Positions 39,001 to 52,624 are shown, counted from the first letter of the whole stretch. The stretch: 63,174 bases of DNA, filler included, from Intoshia linei (GCA_001642005.1; 11 parts of 11 records of this genome joined end to end with filler, not necessarily neighbours in it), one strand, 5' to 3'. Numbers and translations: made by a program. Notes: generated by a model from the sequence alone, not told the origin.

Positions 39001-42000
39001 GAAAAACAATTGTGGATGGGAGTGGGTTTCAATGATTACATTTTCGATGATTTAAACATTAAACTGTTCTATGATAAACTGGAAAATCAAAACATGCTGA
39101 CAGCCTCACAATTGAAGAATATGAAGGATTCTCAATTGCATTTATTAGCGTATATATCTGGAAGTAATGCAAAAATGTACAATCTGATAAACGGCTTGAT
39201 ATACTCCGAAAATGAGAAAAAATGTGCAAAAACAGATAAAAATGATGCAAATGGCGACATGGGTCAAAAAAATTTGCAAAAATGCTATAATTTAATAGAA
39301 AACGTATTCACATCAATAAACACAAACTACGACATCAACCAATACTCTGAAACTACATTTACTCAACAAGAACACGAACTAATGTTGGAACTAAAATCTC
39401 TAATAAAAAGCTTAGTATCAGACGAATCAAGCTCACCGTCATTAAAAATGATGGAGAAAATAAATGTAGACGAAATAATAAAGAAATACATCAATTTACT
39501 TATCATTGATAGAGACACATGCAATAATGAAACATTTGCAAAAATAGAAAAACTCGTAAAATCAGTAAACATGGAAAAAATGGACATTAACATATTTGAT
39601 AAAACTTGGATCAATGAAATATCAAATTATTTGACGAATGGAATACATTCCGTTCAACAAAACATGGAAAAATCATTATCAAACTTTACAACCAACACAA
39701 TATCAACACTATTGACCAATTTAAATGATAATATTAGTGAAACGGAAAAAGAATTAGTTGGTACTACCATCACCACAATTTTACCAATTTCTTCATTAAT
39801 TTATAACTATTACATTGAAACATTTAATACCAACGAATTCATAAATTTAATTAAGAATATTGAAAAGTATTTTGTATCTGATTTAGAAAACATACAAGAC
39901 CAATTTATGCAAAATGTTAAAAAATCAGTCACAGATAAAGAAATACTCGCAGAATTTAAATTAATGGAAAATGAAATTAATAATTTAATAAAATTTAATA
40001 AAATAATTTCGCACATGTTACAAAATAATTTAATTGGTCAAAATTTTCAATTGATGAATGGAAAAATGGAGAATGAAAATGAAAATAAAAGTAATTATTT
40101 TGAATTTTCTCAAATTGTAACTAACGTTAATGCTAATATCATGGATCGAAATTATTCATTAATAAACAAAAACCTTGTGGATGCTTTAAGTATTCATTTA
40201 CCGAAACAATTTATAAATAATGAAGTTTCTCGTCAGAGTTTAATTAAAGTAGTATGGCTTAATTTCATTTTGGTTTCTCATAAATCTATTGGAAAGTTTT
40301 ATGAATCCAAATATCAAAATTTTATTCAAAAAATTGCAAGTTTGTCTAGTGTTTCACAAAATGATGCTGCCAATTTATCTGAAGCTTATAATCGATTAAA
40401 TGATAATTTTTTTACTAATTATAACAAGTATTATCATGATGCTTTAGACAATATTAAGGTTTTTTATTTTCTTTATTTTTTATAATATTAATCAATTATT
40501 TTATTTAGATTAGTAGGGAAGCTTTTATTGTTGAAATTAAACAAAAAATTATAAAAATTATCAATCCTTTGATACATGATTTTTTACAGTTTTATATACC
40601 GTTATTAAACTCTCATCAACAACCTTTGAATGATTTATTCATGAAACCTATTATTGTTCATGAATATACTCAATTGGTTACAACAGTAGAAGAAATATTT
40701 GTAATTGTTTATACATTAATCTTATACAGGGCTGTTCAAACTTTTTTGTTCGCATGGAAAATATTCAGAATCCTTAGCCTAATGTACAGCAATATTGGCG
40801 AATATGCGCTCATGCATTCGTATCCTATCCGAACCACCAGGGATGTCAAATAAATGCTTTTAGGCGTGAAGATATATGTATTGAGATGAAATTTTTAATA
40901 ATGCATATGATTTTAAAAAAAATTTCATAATTTATGTTTTTTTAAGTGGTAAATTCTAGTGTTGATCGTGAATGTGCCAATTTCTGGGACTATTTCTTTT
41001 CTCAAGCTGTCCATTATATTGAGAAATAAAAAAACCAATACTGTACGACGTTCAAAGTGCGTTAGAGCTATTCCAATTTGGACTTTTTTTGAAATTTAAA
41101 AAAGACATTGGATGAAAAAATTAAATTTAATTATTATACACTATAATTTATAATAATACAATAGTGAGGTGTCAAGTTGACACAATCAACACTTTTTGTA
41201 GCGTATCACAGTCCCACCATGCTTTATTTATTTCTAAATTCGAAAGAAGAAATAAAATAAATAATATAAAAATATTTTCTAAATACTATTTTGCAAATAA
41301 AATATAATGCAAAATAGTTTGAATGGATATATAATATAATAACAATTTTTCATTATTCTATGCAATTTTAGAAAAATAGAAACGCGTTTGTTACTAGAAA
41401 GATGATTTATTTAACCTACTAGCTTGACTGTTATGTACTTCGGACAAACAGCATCCTAGTTATTAGGAATAAAATAATAGTGGCGACTCTCCAACTTTGC
41501 TAATCGGGAAAAGCCCGAGTTGATATTTTTAAAGTTAAATTGCTTAATAATTGTTAAATTAATTTCTAATTTGTAAATATGAACATAATGATATATTCAA
41601 AGTCTGAAATTCATAAAAGATTATTCACTTGACAATCACTTGTAAGCGAAATATTTGCATAAATGTTTAAATCAATTTAAATACACATAACTCTGGCATA
41701 TTTAAATTTGCTTAGTAAATAAATCTATAGATTAAATTTATATAACGGTTACATCTAAAATTTTATGAGAAATTATTTATATCTTAGTTACATTAATTTT
41801 AATTAATCTTTGAATTTAGTTTATAATTAATTCTTATTTGTAAATTTTTTTTTGATATTTATTAATTTCAAATAATTTAAATAAAAATTTAAAAAAATTG
41901 TGGTAGTCATAGAAATTTTAGTCCGAGTGATCTATATTAGACAAAGTCGCCACTGGGATATACTAGGACCTAGTATATTCATTATAACCACATGACCAAT

Positions 42001-42588
42001 TTTTTTAAAATTATTATTATATTGTTATCAATCTTTAATTCATTGAAATTTTTTTATATTTCAAAAAACCAATTTATTGCAATCAATATCAATCATTTTT
42101 CAATTAAATGAAAAATAATTTTTGAACAAACAATTGATTGATTTTAGTATCATTAATTTTTATCAATTAATTGCAATTATATTGGTTGCAATAAATTAAT
42201 TCCAATCCCTGAGTGAGTCACCGTCGGTGACACACTAAAATTTATTTTTATATTAGTAAAGGATAGGGCGACAAATAATATAAAATTGGTAAAGGGCATG
42301 CATTGAAAAAGTTTGAAACCACAGCTCTAGTATGTGTTAGAGTTCTGCAACACGGTCTGAAGTTGGTGTTGGGATCGTATTTCGAACAGACCGCATTGCA
42401 CAACTCTAGACTTATAATTAAAAAATTTTAGATCCTGAATTCCGAAAAATTAAAATTTGTTTTAAAAAATGAATTGTCAACGGTGGACAATAACTTGCAA
42501 AAAGTTTCCACTGAAATTAATGAAAATTATAAAACAAGTATAATATCAAATATTCAACAAGCATTTGGAACGCAAAATTTATACGATG
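36032..42588 (+). CDS. Large membrane protein with Cys-rich (ephrin-receptor-like/GCC2-GCC3-type CPxGxYC) repeats, one TM helix and a long helical/coiled-coil tail; 5' and 3' partial
   Basis: Exons ~36032-36184, 36943-37181, 37304-40458 (the 1051-aa ORF), 40510-40700 and 42432-42588. Repeated CPxGYYC motifs, an NPIVCL...FYPMYNQNHLYNTNENFDFYSF block, and TM MLIFFGIFILFTIFIVIAI. Confidence 0.8.
36325..36500 (-). repeat. ~29-30-bp minisatellite in intron
   Basis: Repeated GGTTGGTAAAAGTAGATTTTT units. Confidence 0.7.
42338..42408. mobile_element. 71-bp hairpin micro-element
   Basis: TAGAGTTCTGCAACACGGTCTG...CAGACCGCATTGCACAACTCTA: ~22-bp imperfect inverted arms. Confidence 0.5.
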
Positions 42589-43219
42589 TAATATATAATT
42601 TAACCCTTAAATTGTTATATGTAACCAGAGCCGAACCTACCATACTCGAGCTTGTCCAAAATCGACAATGGACCCCTTAAATATTTCTGAAACGATGCGT
42701 AATGTTATATAGTCCTATCTCTCCACGAGTCTGACTCTAGAGTCTAGACTTGACAATTGTCATATTGTAACTAAATTATTTTTTAAATACTTAATTTGGA
42801 AAAATGATCTCCAATTAAAATTTCGTCGATAAAAAGAGCGTCTCTGAGTACGATAGGTTCTGATGTGTGTCATGGTCTCGATATCTCCAACCGGTGAGTC
42901 CCATAATGAAATGGAGAATGATTTAATTGTTAATTAAACGTTTTACTAAGGCAGTATTTTGTAAAATTGTAAATTCTCGAAAAAATTATTTTAATTAATA
43001 TTTTGATCAAAAAAAATTAACACAAAAATACTTTTTTAATAATTTCTTCAAGTCAGTTCGACTTGGCACGGCGCTACCCTTACGATACAACCTGGTATAT
43101 TTAAATTTGGTGTGTAGACAAAATGTCCCAGACTGTACTTGATTTATAAAATAAATGAATATGAAATATATGCATTCAAACGACCATGTAGTGGAACGAT
43201 TATAATTAATGAGAATATT

Positions 43220-43486
43220 CTTAAACCCAACCATTTTTACTAAAAATCAAAATTTATCAATTTTTAAGAGAAAAATCCACTTTTAAAAACCCTAAGGAAA
43301 AATCCCAATTTTACAAACCCTAAAATACAAAATTTCTGCTTTACCCACCCTAAAAGAAAAAATTCGGTTTTAAAAACCCTTTAGGGAAAATTCCAGTTTT
43401 ACGAACCTTTAAGGGAAAAATCCACTTTTATAAACCCTTATGGGAAAACCCACTTTTACCAACCTTTAATGGAAAAATCGAGTTTT
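43220..43486 (+). repeat. ~29-30-bp minisatellite ending at contig break
   Basis: About 8 units like TTTTACCAACCCTTAAGGGAAAAATCCAC. Confidence 0.75.
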
Positions 43487-43586
43487 NNNNNNNNNNNNNN
43501 NNNNNNNNNNNNNNNNNNNNNNNNNNNNNNTTAATTAATTAANNNNNNNNNNNNNNNNNNNNNNNNNNNNNNNNNNNNNNNNNNNN

Positions 43587-43900
43587 TTGGAGATACTGAT
43601 ATGTGTCTCAACCCAACTAAATATGTTGTATGGGGTTCATTGAATGTTCCCATCAAAATATTGATATATTTTTCTTTAACAATATCACTTTCATCTGTTA
43701 CAAGAAAGACTTGTTTATGTTCAAGTTTTTTCTTAAAGTCGCATAGCCGTCTATCTGCCAAATCAGTAACAATTTGTCGAAATTTTGTAACAGATGGAAG
43801 TTTTTCGTTATATGCCTCAAAAAATAGTTTCATGTCTTCAGAATGCAACTTATTGAGTGGTATATTCAATCGGGTCAACAATGTTACTATTCTTTCAGGA
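43587..43900 (-). mobile_element. CGGBP1-like hAT transposase fragment
   Basis: LNIPLNKL...FFEAYNEKLPSVTKFRQ...VFLVTDESD...YINILMGTF matches the CGGBP/DUF659-type hAT pattern (IPLxKL...WVSIDETTD...NVIIG). Confidence 0.65.
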
Positions 43901-43999
43901 AAACATATAATCCTGAATAAGGGTTACAGGCATCTCATCTCATCAGGGAGAGTATCTCATATACGTAATAATATTTTGATCATTATTTTATAAACATTT

Positions 44000-45438
44000 A
44001 GAAATAAAACAACTCTCGGTGAAAAAATTTACTATGGGTGTACTAAAGCTGGAAAGAGAAGGAAGTCTGATGAATGTAAATCAAGAATATACATGATACA
44101 TTATTTGACTTTCTTTGAGGTTGGATATTATATAAATAATGTTCCTCATGACCATTCAGGAATTTCACATGGTATAAATGTCGAAATAAAATCTGCAATA
44201 AAAGACATTTACAATGAAGGTTATACAAAATCTAAAGAAATTGGTCATATTTTAAGGGCGAGAAATATTGAAGTCCCAGAGAGTCGTAAAATTTCTAATT
44301 ATTTAAATCAACTAAAATTAGATAAATATGGCCCGTGTAACATAAATATTAATAATGTTATCACATATTGTGAGAGTAGAAAAAGTGTATCATTTAATTT
44401 CGATACTGTTTACATAGTTAATTATGTAGTAAATGAAAAACAAATCAGAATATTTTTTACAACTAAACGGTTACTAATAACGGTTAGTGACGAAATTTAT
44501 ATTCAGGTTAATGCAACCTATAAGCTGATATGGCAAGGATATTCTGTTCTAGTAGCAGGTACGTCGGACATGAATAGAAGATTTCATCCAGTTGGCTTAG
44601 CAGTTACCACTGAAGAAAAAACCGAAGACTACGAATTTCTTTTTAAATCTATTAAATTGGGATGCTTCAATTGGACATTGCAAAAGAATTCAATATTCTC
44701 GTCGCTGATGCAAGTTATGCTGTAACTAATGGTTTTAGTAAGTTTTGGGACCTGCGAACGCGTATTTATTGTTATTTTCACGTGGTGAAATCTTTTGATA
44801 AGCATAAAAAATTCAGAGTCTTATCAAACCAAGACAGACTAAATATCCGTTTAGACATTGGTTTATTACAAATTTGTTATTTAAAATCTCTTTTTACATT
44901 GGCTAAGAGGCTGTTCATTGAAAAATTGCTCAATGTTTGGTCGTCTGAACGAAAAAATGGCTTTTATAAGCGTTTACCAACATTTAACACTAAAATATGG
45001 ACTAAAGCTTATAAATGGGTAAAATCGAAAAAACCCTTAATTTCAAGTGGTGGGAAATATTATACTCCTAAAAGATATTAAATTTAATTAAATAATTGTA
45101 GACACTTTTCGTCACAAAATGGAAAATTTAATGATATCAGATTTTGCGGAGTAATTAATCGTATTTTTAATATAAATACTTAATATAAGTAGTATAGTAA
45201 ATAATATTATTTTAGTTATTGTGACATGATTACCAAAATAGCATGCATAAATATTGACAAATTAACTTGAGAAAAATCAACATGTACTTGCAGAAATTTT
45301 CTCAAGGAATATGTATGTTCCCACACCCTGGGTGTATGTATCCAACTGAAAATTTCTGGATGCATAATTCCAAGAGAAGCGCGATGTCTGCCTTTGCAGA
45401 AAAAGAGAAAGCGAGGTAGACCTACATTAATTAGATCA
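44000..45438 (+). mobile_element. Degenerate Mutator/MULE transposase with SWIM finger and AT-hook
   Basis: IQVNATYKLIWQGYSVLVAGTSDMNRRFHPVGLAV...EKTEDY, LVADASYAVTNGF...RIYCYFHV, then CTCRNFLKEYVCSHTLG and KRKRGRP. Frameshift near 44670; the first catalytic D appears as N. Confidence 0.88.
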
Positions 45439-45659
45439 GCTCTTGTTAGAGATAATTAATTGTGCATTAATGTATTTGTAAATAAATGTATATGCTTTAT
45501 TTAATTAATTTGTGATCATTTGTCCATTCGTAGTCTATTTCATCAGGTTTTATAAAACATCAATAAGTTTTTTGTATTTCCTTAGGTTTAAAATTAATTT
45601 ACTTTCCAAATTTTGACAGTTGTATCGTAACTCTTATCTCAAAAAGGTTAGAAAAAAAT

Positions 45660-47209
45660 TGTTTTTTTTTTAAAAATCAAACGAGTTGGAGAATTTAAAA
45701 AAATATACGCTGATACGGATTTTAAAATCATAAACATTATCATGAATTTAAATTTAAAAAAATTATATTTTCAAAGACAAAACCTTAAATTACCCTTTTT
45801 TTATGAAAACTTTACAGGTGGTACAGTTGTATCCTGTTAACACATAGGAAAAATTTCAATCTGAATAAGTGACGCCTTCATGGTCAAAAAAGAATTTTAG
45901 TATTCATATATTTTTTACCGAAATATTTTATTAAAACAAAAAATGTGAAATAATTAACGGTCCGAAAATTTAAAAAAAATTATTCTGATAGACATTATTC
46001 CAGTTGATATAAATACAAAATTTCAATCCCAGAAATCTACGCATTCCCGGTGAAACATAATATTTAATATATTATCAACCAATATTTTTCAAATATTTTC
46101 ATTGAAAATGTAAATATTGATCCTCCAATTTCAAAAAAATGTGCATTGAACGTCTACACATTTCCAATAAAGAAGTATCGGTGAAAATCTATAATTCATT
46201 CCTTCGCAATTTTTAAATTTCAAATTTTCATTTTTAAAACATTTTATATAAAAACATTCAAATTTAAATGAGAAACTAAAACAACTTTGTTCATATCATT
46301 TTTATATTACAATCCTTTGCAATAATGGTAAAATTCGACTGAAATGTTTATGTTTATAAAGTGAAGATTCAGTTAATTATTGATACACATTTGGTATTTT
46401 TAAGTATTTATTAAATTGGTACTGAATATATGTCATCACTAAAGCCATTCATAGAGTATAATGACTAGGTTACGAAAGATTTTATTTATACTCTTAAAGA
46501 AGTTTGCATCATTGTGAATTACATAATTGTGTTTATTTGTTTATATTTTATTTTGTTTTGAGTTTATTTATTGTTGCTTAACAACTTTAAAGCATAATAA
46601 GAGCATAATGCTTATCCGACTAATATTTTATTTAAAATTATATGAAATGTACAGAATTTTATTATTGTTGCTTAACGACTTTAGAGCATCTGACTTGTAA
46701 GTTATTTAAAATTATATGAAATGTAAAAAATTGTTATGTATTGTTGCTTAACGACTTTAGAGCATAATAAGAGCATAATGTTTGAATGGCTCTAATCATC
46801 ACATTAAAAATGACAAAATAGGTTTTTATAATTTTATTTTTTCTGGAATTCATGCTATTTATGACAATTTTTAGGATTGGACTGTTTTTATTTTATTTTT
46901 AATATTATACACACATTCTGTCTAATAAATTAAAAAAATGGGATAATAATTGTTTATAAAATTATTTACGCAATATTAACAAACAAAAAATTAAGATGAA
47001 AATAATTCACTTTAAAATAAAAAAGTAATGTGATATGATGGTTTTACATGAAACAAATTTGGGAACCACTTCTTTAAAGGATTGATAATAGTGAATAGTA
47101 GAATTTTTAAGTTAGATTTTCAACATGAATATATTTTTTTGGTATAATAAAAATGTGCCCTCGGCAGAGCTAGGTGCTGTTTGTACGTAATACATAACAG
47201 TCAAGCTAG
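45660..47209 (+). mobile_element. Helitron family A, longest copy with intact 3' end
   Basis: Ends GCTGTTTGTACGTAATACATAACAGTCAAG-CTAG|T (hairpin + CTAG). Confidence 0.8.
46440..46794. mobile_element. hAT-type MITE nested in Helitron, with 3 internal tandem repeats
   Basis: GTCATCAC|TAAAGCCATTCA...TGAATGGCTCTA|ATCATCAC. The Helitron copy at ~1180 shows the empty site with a single ATCATCAC. Confidence 0.8.
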
Positions 47210-47953
47210 TAATGTTATAAATGGTCAGTATATGAATGCACACTAGTATTTATATAGATGCACAATAGTGTTTATATCAATGCACAACCCTGTATAAGCA
47301 TTTATAATCTATATATATGTTATTTTTTATTCAAAATTTAGCACCCTGTATTACGATCCAAGTATGAACCTTATGCAATAACATGTGATTATACTCTCGA
47401 CGATTTTTCACATATTGAAAAATAAATTTTTAAATTTCTATTGGTTTATAATTTTCAATATATTATAGCTAAAGTTTAGCCTAAACCAAAAATGAAGACA
47501 TATTTTTAACTTTCATATAAAATTAAATTTACATACTATTGCAGTATTATCTCTACTACTAGCAATTCCTTATTTCGCCGTATGATAATTACTACAATGA
47601 AACCTCTTTATAAACAAACGTATTATAATTTATTTATAAAATATTGTTCATGTTTGGTAAGCTACCTCGCTCAACCCTTTTTCGCTGTGGACCCCTAAAA
47701 AAAATAATAATGATGACAATTTTTAATGAATCATTAGTCATAGTAATTATTAGTAATTAGTAATCATTCAATTGAGTACTCTATTTTTGTGAGATGTTAA
47801 ATTTGATGAACTATTAATATTAACCTTTAACCCTTAAATGTACCAAAAATGGAACATGTTTTTCAGGTATTGTTTACAGTACATTATTAATTGTTTTAAT
47901 ATTTTTAATACATTTTTAACATTTTATCACATCAATAAAAAGTCTATATTATG

Positions 47954-48292
47954 GAGATTTTCAACCTTTAACGTAACTTTTTCACGAATAGCGTTGCTAT
48001 TGGATCCGATATCATTTCTATTGCAACCAATATCATTTCTTTTGCAACCTTTATCGTTTTTATATTAAAATTTGAATGCATAAAATTATATCAAATTTAT
48101 TCTGTAAATTAAATTAAATTAAATGTTTTTTTGAAAATGAAATTGATTGAAATTTAATTTAACAAAATAAATTTGATATAATTTTATGCATTCAAATTTT
48201 AATATAAAAACGATAAAGGTTGCAAAAGAAATGATATCGGTTGCAATAACAACTCTATTCGTGAAAAAGTTACGTTAAAGGTTGAAAATCTC
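47954..48292. repeat. Long near-perfect inverted repeat (foldback, ~150-bp arms)
   Basis: GAGATTTTCAACCTTTAACGTAACTTTTTCACGAATAG... is mirrored by ...CTATTCGTGAAAAAGTTACGTTAAAGGTTGAAAATCTC. Confidence 0.9.
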
Positions 48293-48928
48293 TATATCTA
48301 TCTTCTTGGTGGATGTTTCATAGAATCATGAATATTGACTGATTTTTTGTCCCATTTTTAATTTGAAATTTAAAGCTTCTTTTATGACTAGAAACTTGGA
48401 TCGGTCATAAATTTTAATAAAATAATTAACATGTAAATATAACCGTTGCTACTAAAATAGAACAATGGATGTTTCCCAATAAGTTTTTACGCTTTTAAGT
48501 AATTTAATTTACATAATTAATACATTATGTTAATACGAAAGAATTTACTTTTACATGATTTGAACGTTTTATGTTGTATTTCTGAGCCTTTATGTTACTG
48601 AAAATGTCTAATATGTAATAAATGTATATAATTTTCATAGACACCCAAAAAGGTGCTATGGACCCCTTGGGGTTCAATCCCGTAAAGAATCGCTGAACTA
48701 AGGCATAGTTAATATTCATTTCCTATGATTTACGATCATTACCATCAATTTTAAAAAATGACAATATTACATTTAAATGTGACCTTCATTGTGCAAACAT
48801 GACTATATAAATAGAGAATATATGGAATATATAAGTAAGGACTACAATAGACAAATTTAGAAATTACACCATACACTGTATGGCATACACTATAGTCAAC
48901 AAAAATCTTTCTATTTCATATCATTATA

Positions 48929-49480
48929 CAGTAATGTTTCGATTACAAATAATTTTGATTCTAAATAAACTTGTTTATAGATAATTTTGATTCTAAATAA
49001 TCTTATTATTATGCTTCGAACCATTATATTAATTAAAGATAAATTGAAAATAATACAAGAAGTCGATCAAGGAACACCGGCATTAGATGTTGCATTAAAA
49101 TATGGAATTTCTAGACAAAGTGTATACAGCATTTGCCGAAATAAAAAAAAATAATTATATCAACTCACCACAAATGATAATCCAAATTTAAAGGATGCAA
49201 TTTGTTTGACATATGAAGCATGGTGTGAAATTTCTCCACAATTAATTATTTCTTCATGGAAGAATGTAATAGATTCTGAAGAAACTGTTTTGGATACAAC
49301 TGATAATGAAAACATAGAGGATACAATTAATAACTTGTTAAACGTGGACGATTAAATAATATATGAAAGAGATGAGATAAATACGTGGTTCATTGATGGG
49401 GGATCTTCATCTTATAATGAAATGGAAGATCAAGAAACATTACAATATGAAGATGAGCCAATACAAATAAATGAATCATG
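48929..49480 (+). mobile_element. Internally deleted Tigger/pogo transposon remnant
   Basis: TA|CAGTAATGTTTCGATTAC end. MLRTIILIKDKLKIIQEVDQGTPALDVALKYGISRQSVYSICRNKKKI (CENP-B/psq HTH) is joined to NLKDAICLTYEAWCEISPQLIISSWK (end of the pogo DDE region) and an acidic tail. Confidence 0.75.
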
Positions 49481-50389
49481 ATTCAATTATGATATGTTTG
49501 AATAAAACTATGTCTTGACTCTTACGCCTTGATAAATATTTGGAATATTAGGAAAGACTAATATTAGAGAATCAGGAATTTTGTTTGTTAAATTTCATTA
49601 TTTTTATTAAGTTAATTTTTCTTCAAGGTTTAATTAAATTTTATTGATTTATTATTATAATTTTAATTGTAATATTTTAATTTATTGAGTTGCAGTATAA
49701 ATCTAAATTTTAATAATTATTCAAATTAATTTTAGGTTAAATTGAATTATGCAAAATGAATCTAATTTTAATTATAAGAATTTAGTTATTTTTATTTTGA
49801 AAAATTTAAATTGTTTTGTTTCACAATGTAAGCCCAAAATTAAATTGAGGTTAAATCGCAACATGAAATTGAATTCATTAATTCAAAATTCTAAACAGAC
49901 TGAAATTACAAACAGCCTAGGAAATTTGTAAATTAAAATTGTAAACTACACTATTTAGCCACAATTCGAGAAATTAAATAGTTAATAAAATCCAAAAAAA
50001 TTGAGCTAGGAACAAATTTAAAAAAAGAACTGTATAATTAAACATGGAGAACAATATTATAAAGTCGGTACCACATTTAAAAGCTCAAACGCCCATTTCC
50101 GTTAAAATAACGTTCAGTTTTAATTTATCCATAATATTTTTACAGTAATATTTAAAATGACAAACGCAACTCGAATAGATATCGTTAAATGTTTTTGATT
50201 GCGAATTAGTTTTTCTATTTTAAAAATACACACTTGTAGTGTTAATTGCCCTTGATTCTTTGATGGGTGTGAAACCCTAATATGCATATATGTAAATGTA
50301 TAATAATAAAAATGATAATAACAAAGTTGTAGTTTCAAACTAAAATTTCGTTAAATTTTTTAAAAATGAGTACAGAAAATGATGTATTT

Positions 50390-51211
50390 GAGAATGAAAA
50401 ATTGCCTAGCAATGAAAAAGAATCCAAAGGAATCAATTATATAGATTTTCACCCATATTCCTTTATTGGAAATGTGTATACGTTCAATAGGTTCTTTCTT
50501 GAATTGTAGGATGAATATTTTGAAATTTTGTATTTATATCAACTGGAATAACCTGTATCAAAATAATCTTTTTTATTATCTGTAGAACCGTTAATTATTT
50601 CAAATTTTTTGTTTTAATAAAATAGTTTTGAAATAAAAAAATATGAATACTGAAGTGCTTTTTTGACCATGAAGGCGTCACTTATTCAGATTCAAATTTT
50701 TTATGTGTATTAACAGGATACAACTATACCATCCGTAATTTTTATTAAATTCTAGTGCTGTTTTCATAAAAAAAATGGTAATCTGTGGTTTTAATCGTGA
50801 AAATAATCTTTTTTGCGGTTTCTATGTATGATAATGTTTATGATTTTAAAAACTATCCCAGAATTTGTTTTATAAATTTTTAGAACATGTTTCATTTTTA
50901 AAACAAAGTGTAATTTGTGGTTTTGACCATGAAGGTATACGTTTCTGAGACTGAGATTAATGACAATGTTAATGATTTTATAACGCATTTCAGAATGTAT
51001 GTTTTATTAAATGTTTGAACTGATTTTTTTAAACAAAATGGAAAAGTGGGTTTTTGACCATGAAACTCATATTCTGAACCTGAAAAATATATAAAAATAC
51101 TTCTTGGATAAAACTCTATTAGAAATTAGGTTTTTTTAAATTCTACGACTGTCAATTTTTTAAATAAATGGTAACAAACAGAAACACACACAGACATTTA
51201 TTTTTATATAG
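50390..51211 (-). mobile_element. Diverged Helitron family A-related copy
   Basis: The interior is reverse-complementary to family A. The 5' end reads TCTATATAAAAATAAATGTCTGTGTGTG on the minus strand. Confidence 0.55.
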
Positions 51212-51539
51212 AACTTGTATATAAATTAATGTAAAAGATAGTATTACTATCATAGTAACATTATATAAACTTTTCATGGCATTTGTTACATACATCATGT
51301 ATGTATTTAATAATATCATATATAATATATGTAATATCATATATGTATTTGCAATTGTGCATTTTATTTTTCATTCCATGCAGTGTATCCATTATCGTTT
51401 ATAGAAAAGTTTACTTTTTTGTTAAATTGTATTTAAATTTTCAATAAAATGCTGATTTATATAATATTATACAATACAGCGCATTCATAATGACATGTTG
51501 AATATTACATGTAGTAGTGTAAATAACTATTACTTTTTT

Positions 51540-52624
51540 AGACAAAGATCTACAAATACCTTATAATAGAACTATTAATTGCAATAACAATGCCAAATAT
51601 GTGGTTAGTTCATTTAAATTTATACATAAGTGATAAAAGTAAAAAAAAATTTCTTCTTCTTCGTTTATTTCTCGAGATCATGGTGAAACTTGGATTAAAT
51701 CAAAACATCTAGATAAAATAAAAACCTGTAATTTGATAATTACAAATTACTTGCACTTTGGGTTGATAGTTGTGACACAAATTATAAGCTTTAAACGCAA
51801 ATTAATTTATTTAAGTTTTGATCATTTACATTCGACTAACCGTATTTATGGATACGTTGACAGATTGATTTACATCAAAAATGAAATGAAAATCCCAATA
51901 TTTGTAATTTTTGGTGAAAATTTCTATTTAATATCTTTCAATGGTTGTAGAAATTTTCAGATATTGAATATTTTAGATTTATATCAAAATGAATATAATT
52001 TATATGCAACAGCGAAAGGTTATAGATTTACAATATCTCAAATAATATCATCACAATTTATAAACACATTAACATTTGATACGATTAAAAATTGCAATTC
52101 TTTTAATATGCCCCAGATAAAAAATCTCGACGGTTATCTATATTTAGACAGATTTAATCATAGTAATTACTGCTACACGAATCAAAATGATGTAATTGCC
52201 ACACGAAATATTTCACAGCAATGCATTTCATCCGATTTTTCATGTGCATATGGATATGCCAAACATGTTCAAAATGTAATTTGCGAAAAAATCAACCCAG
52301 ACATATCAAATAACAAAAAACTGGTCTGTATCAACAATAACAATATTGACGTTGATTTGAATTCTATTGAAACTGTTTACCATGATGATTATTATGCTAG
52401 AAACTGTTTTATTAATATTACGAACCCGCAAAGTAATAAAGTGTGTAGACATTTCTAATAAATTGAAAATTATTAAAGATAAGTATAAACCCATTATTAT
52501 TAAGAATGATGATGATAATTTCAAATCTATCCTTATTTTTACCATAATTATGGGGATTTTGTGTTCAGTACTGGTTGTCAGTATTGTGATAAAGTTAATA
52601 CGTCAAACATTATGGAGATTATAA
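51540..52624 (+). pseudogene. VPS10/sortilin-like receptor fragment, frameshifted
   Basis: Asp-box FISRDHGETW, degenerate LYISD and YLSFD boxes, 10CC-like CISSDFSCAYGY. The TM ILIFTIIMGILCSVLVVSIVI is in another frame. No introns were found to repair the frames. Confidence 0.55.

Noticed and set aside
37460-40016. Several minus-strand ORFs of 60-88 aa
   Set aside because: They are antisense shadows of the 1051-aa exon with no independent motifs.
43220-43486. ~30-bp periodic repeats as a CRISPR array
   Set aside because: The units are contiguous and degenerate with no unique spacers, there are no cas genes, and the context is eukaryotic.
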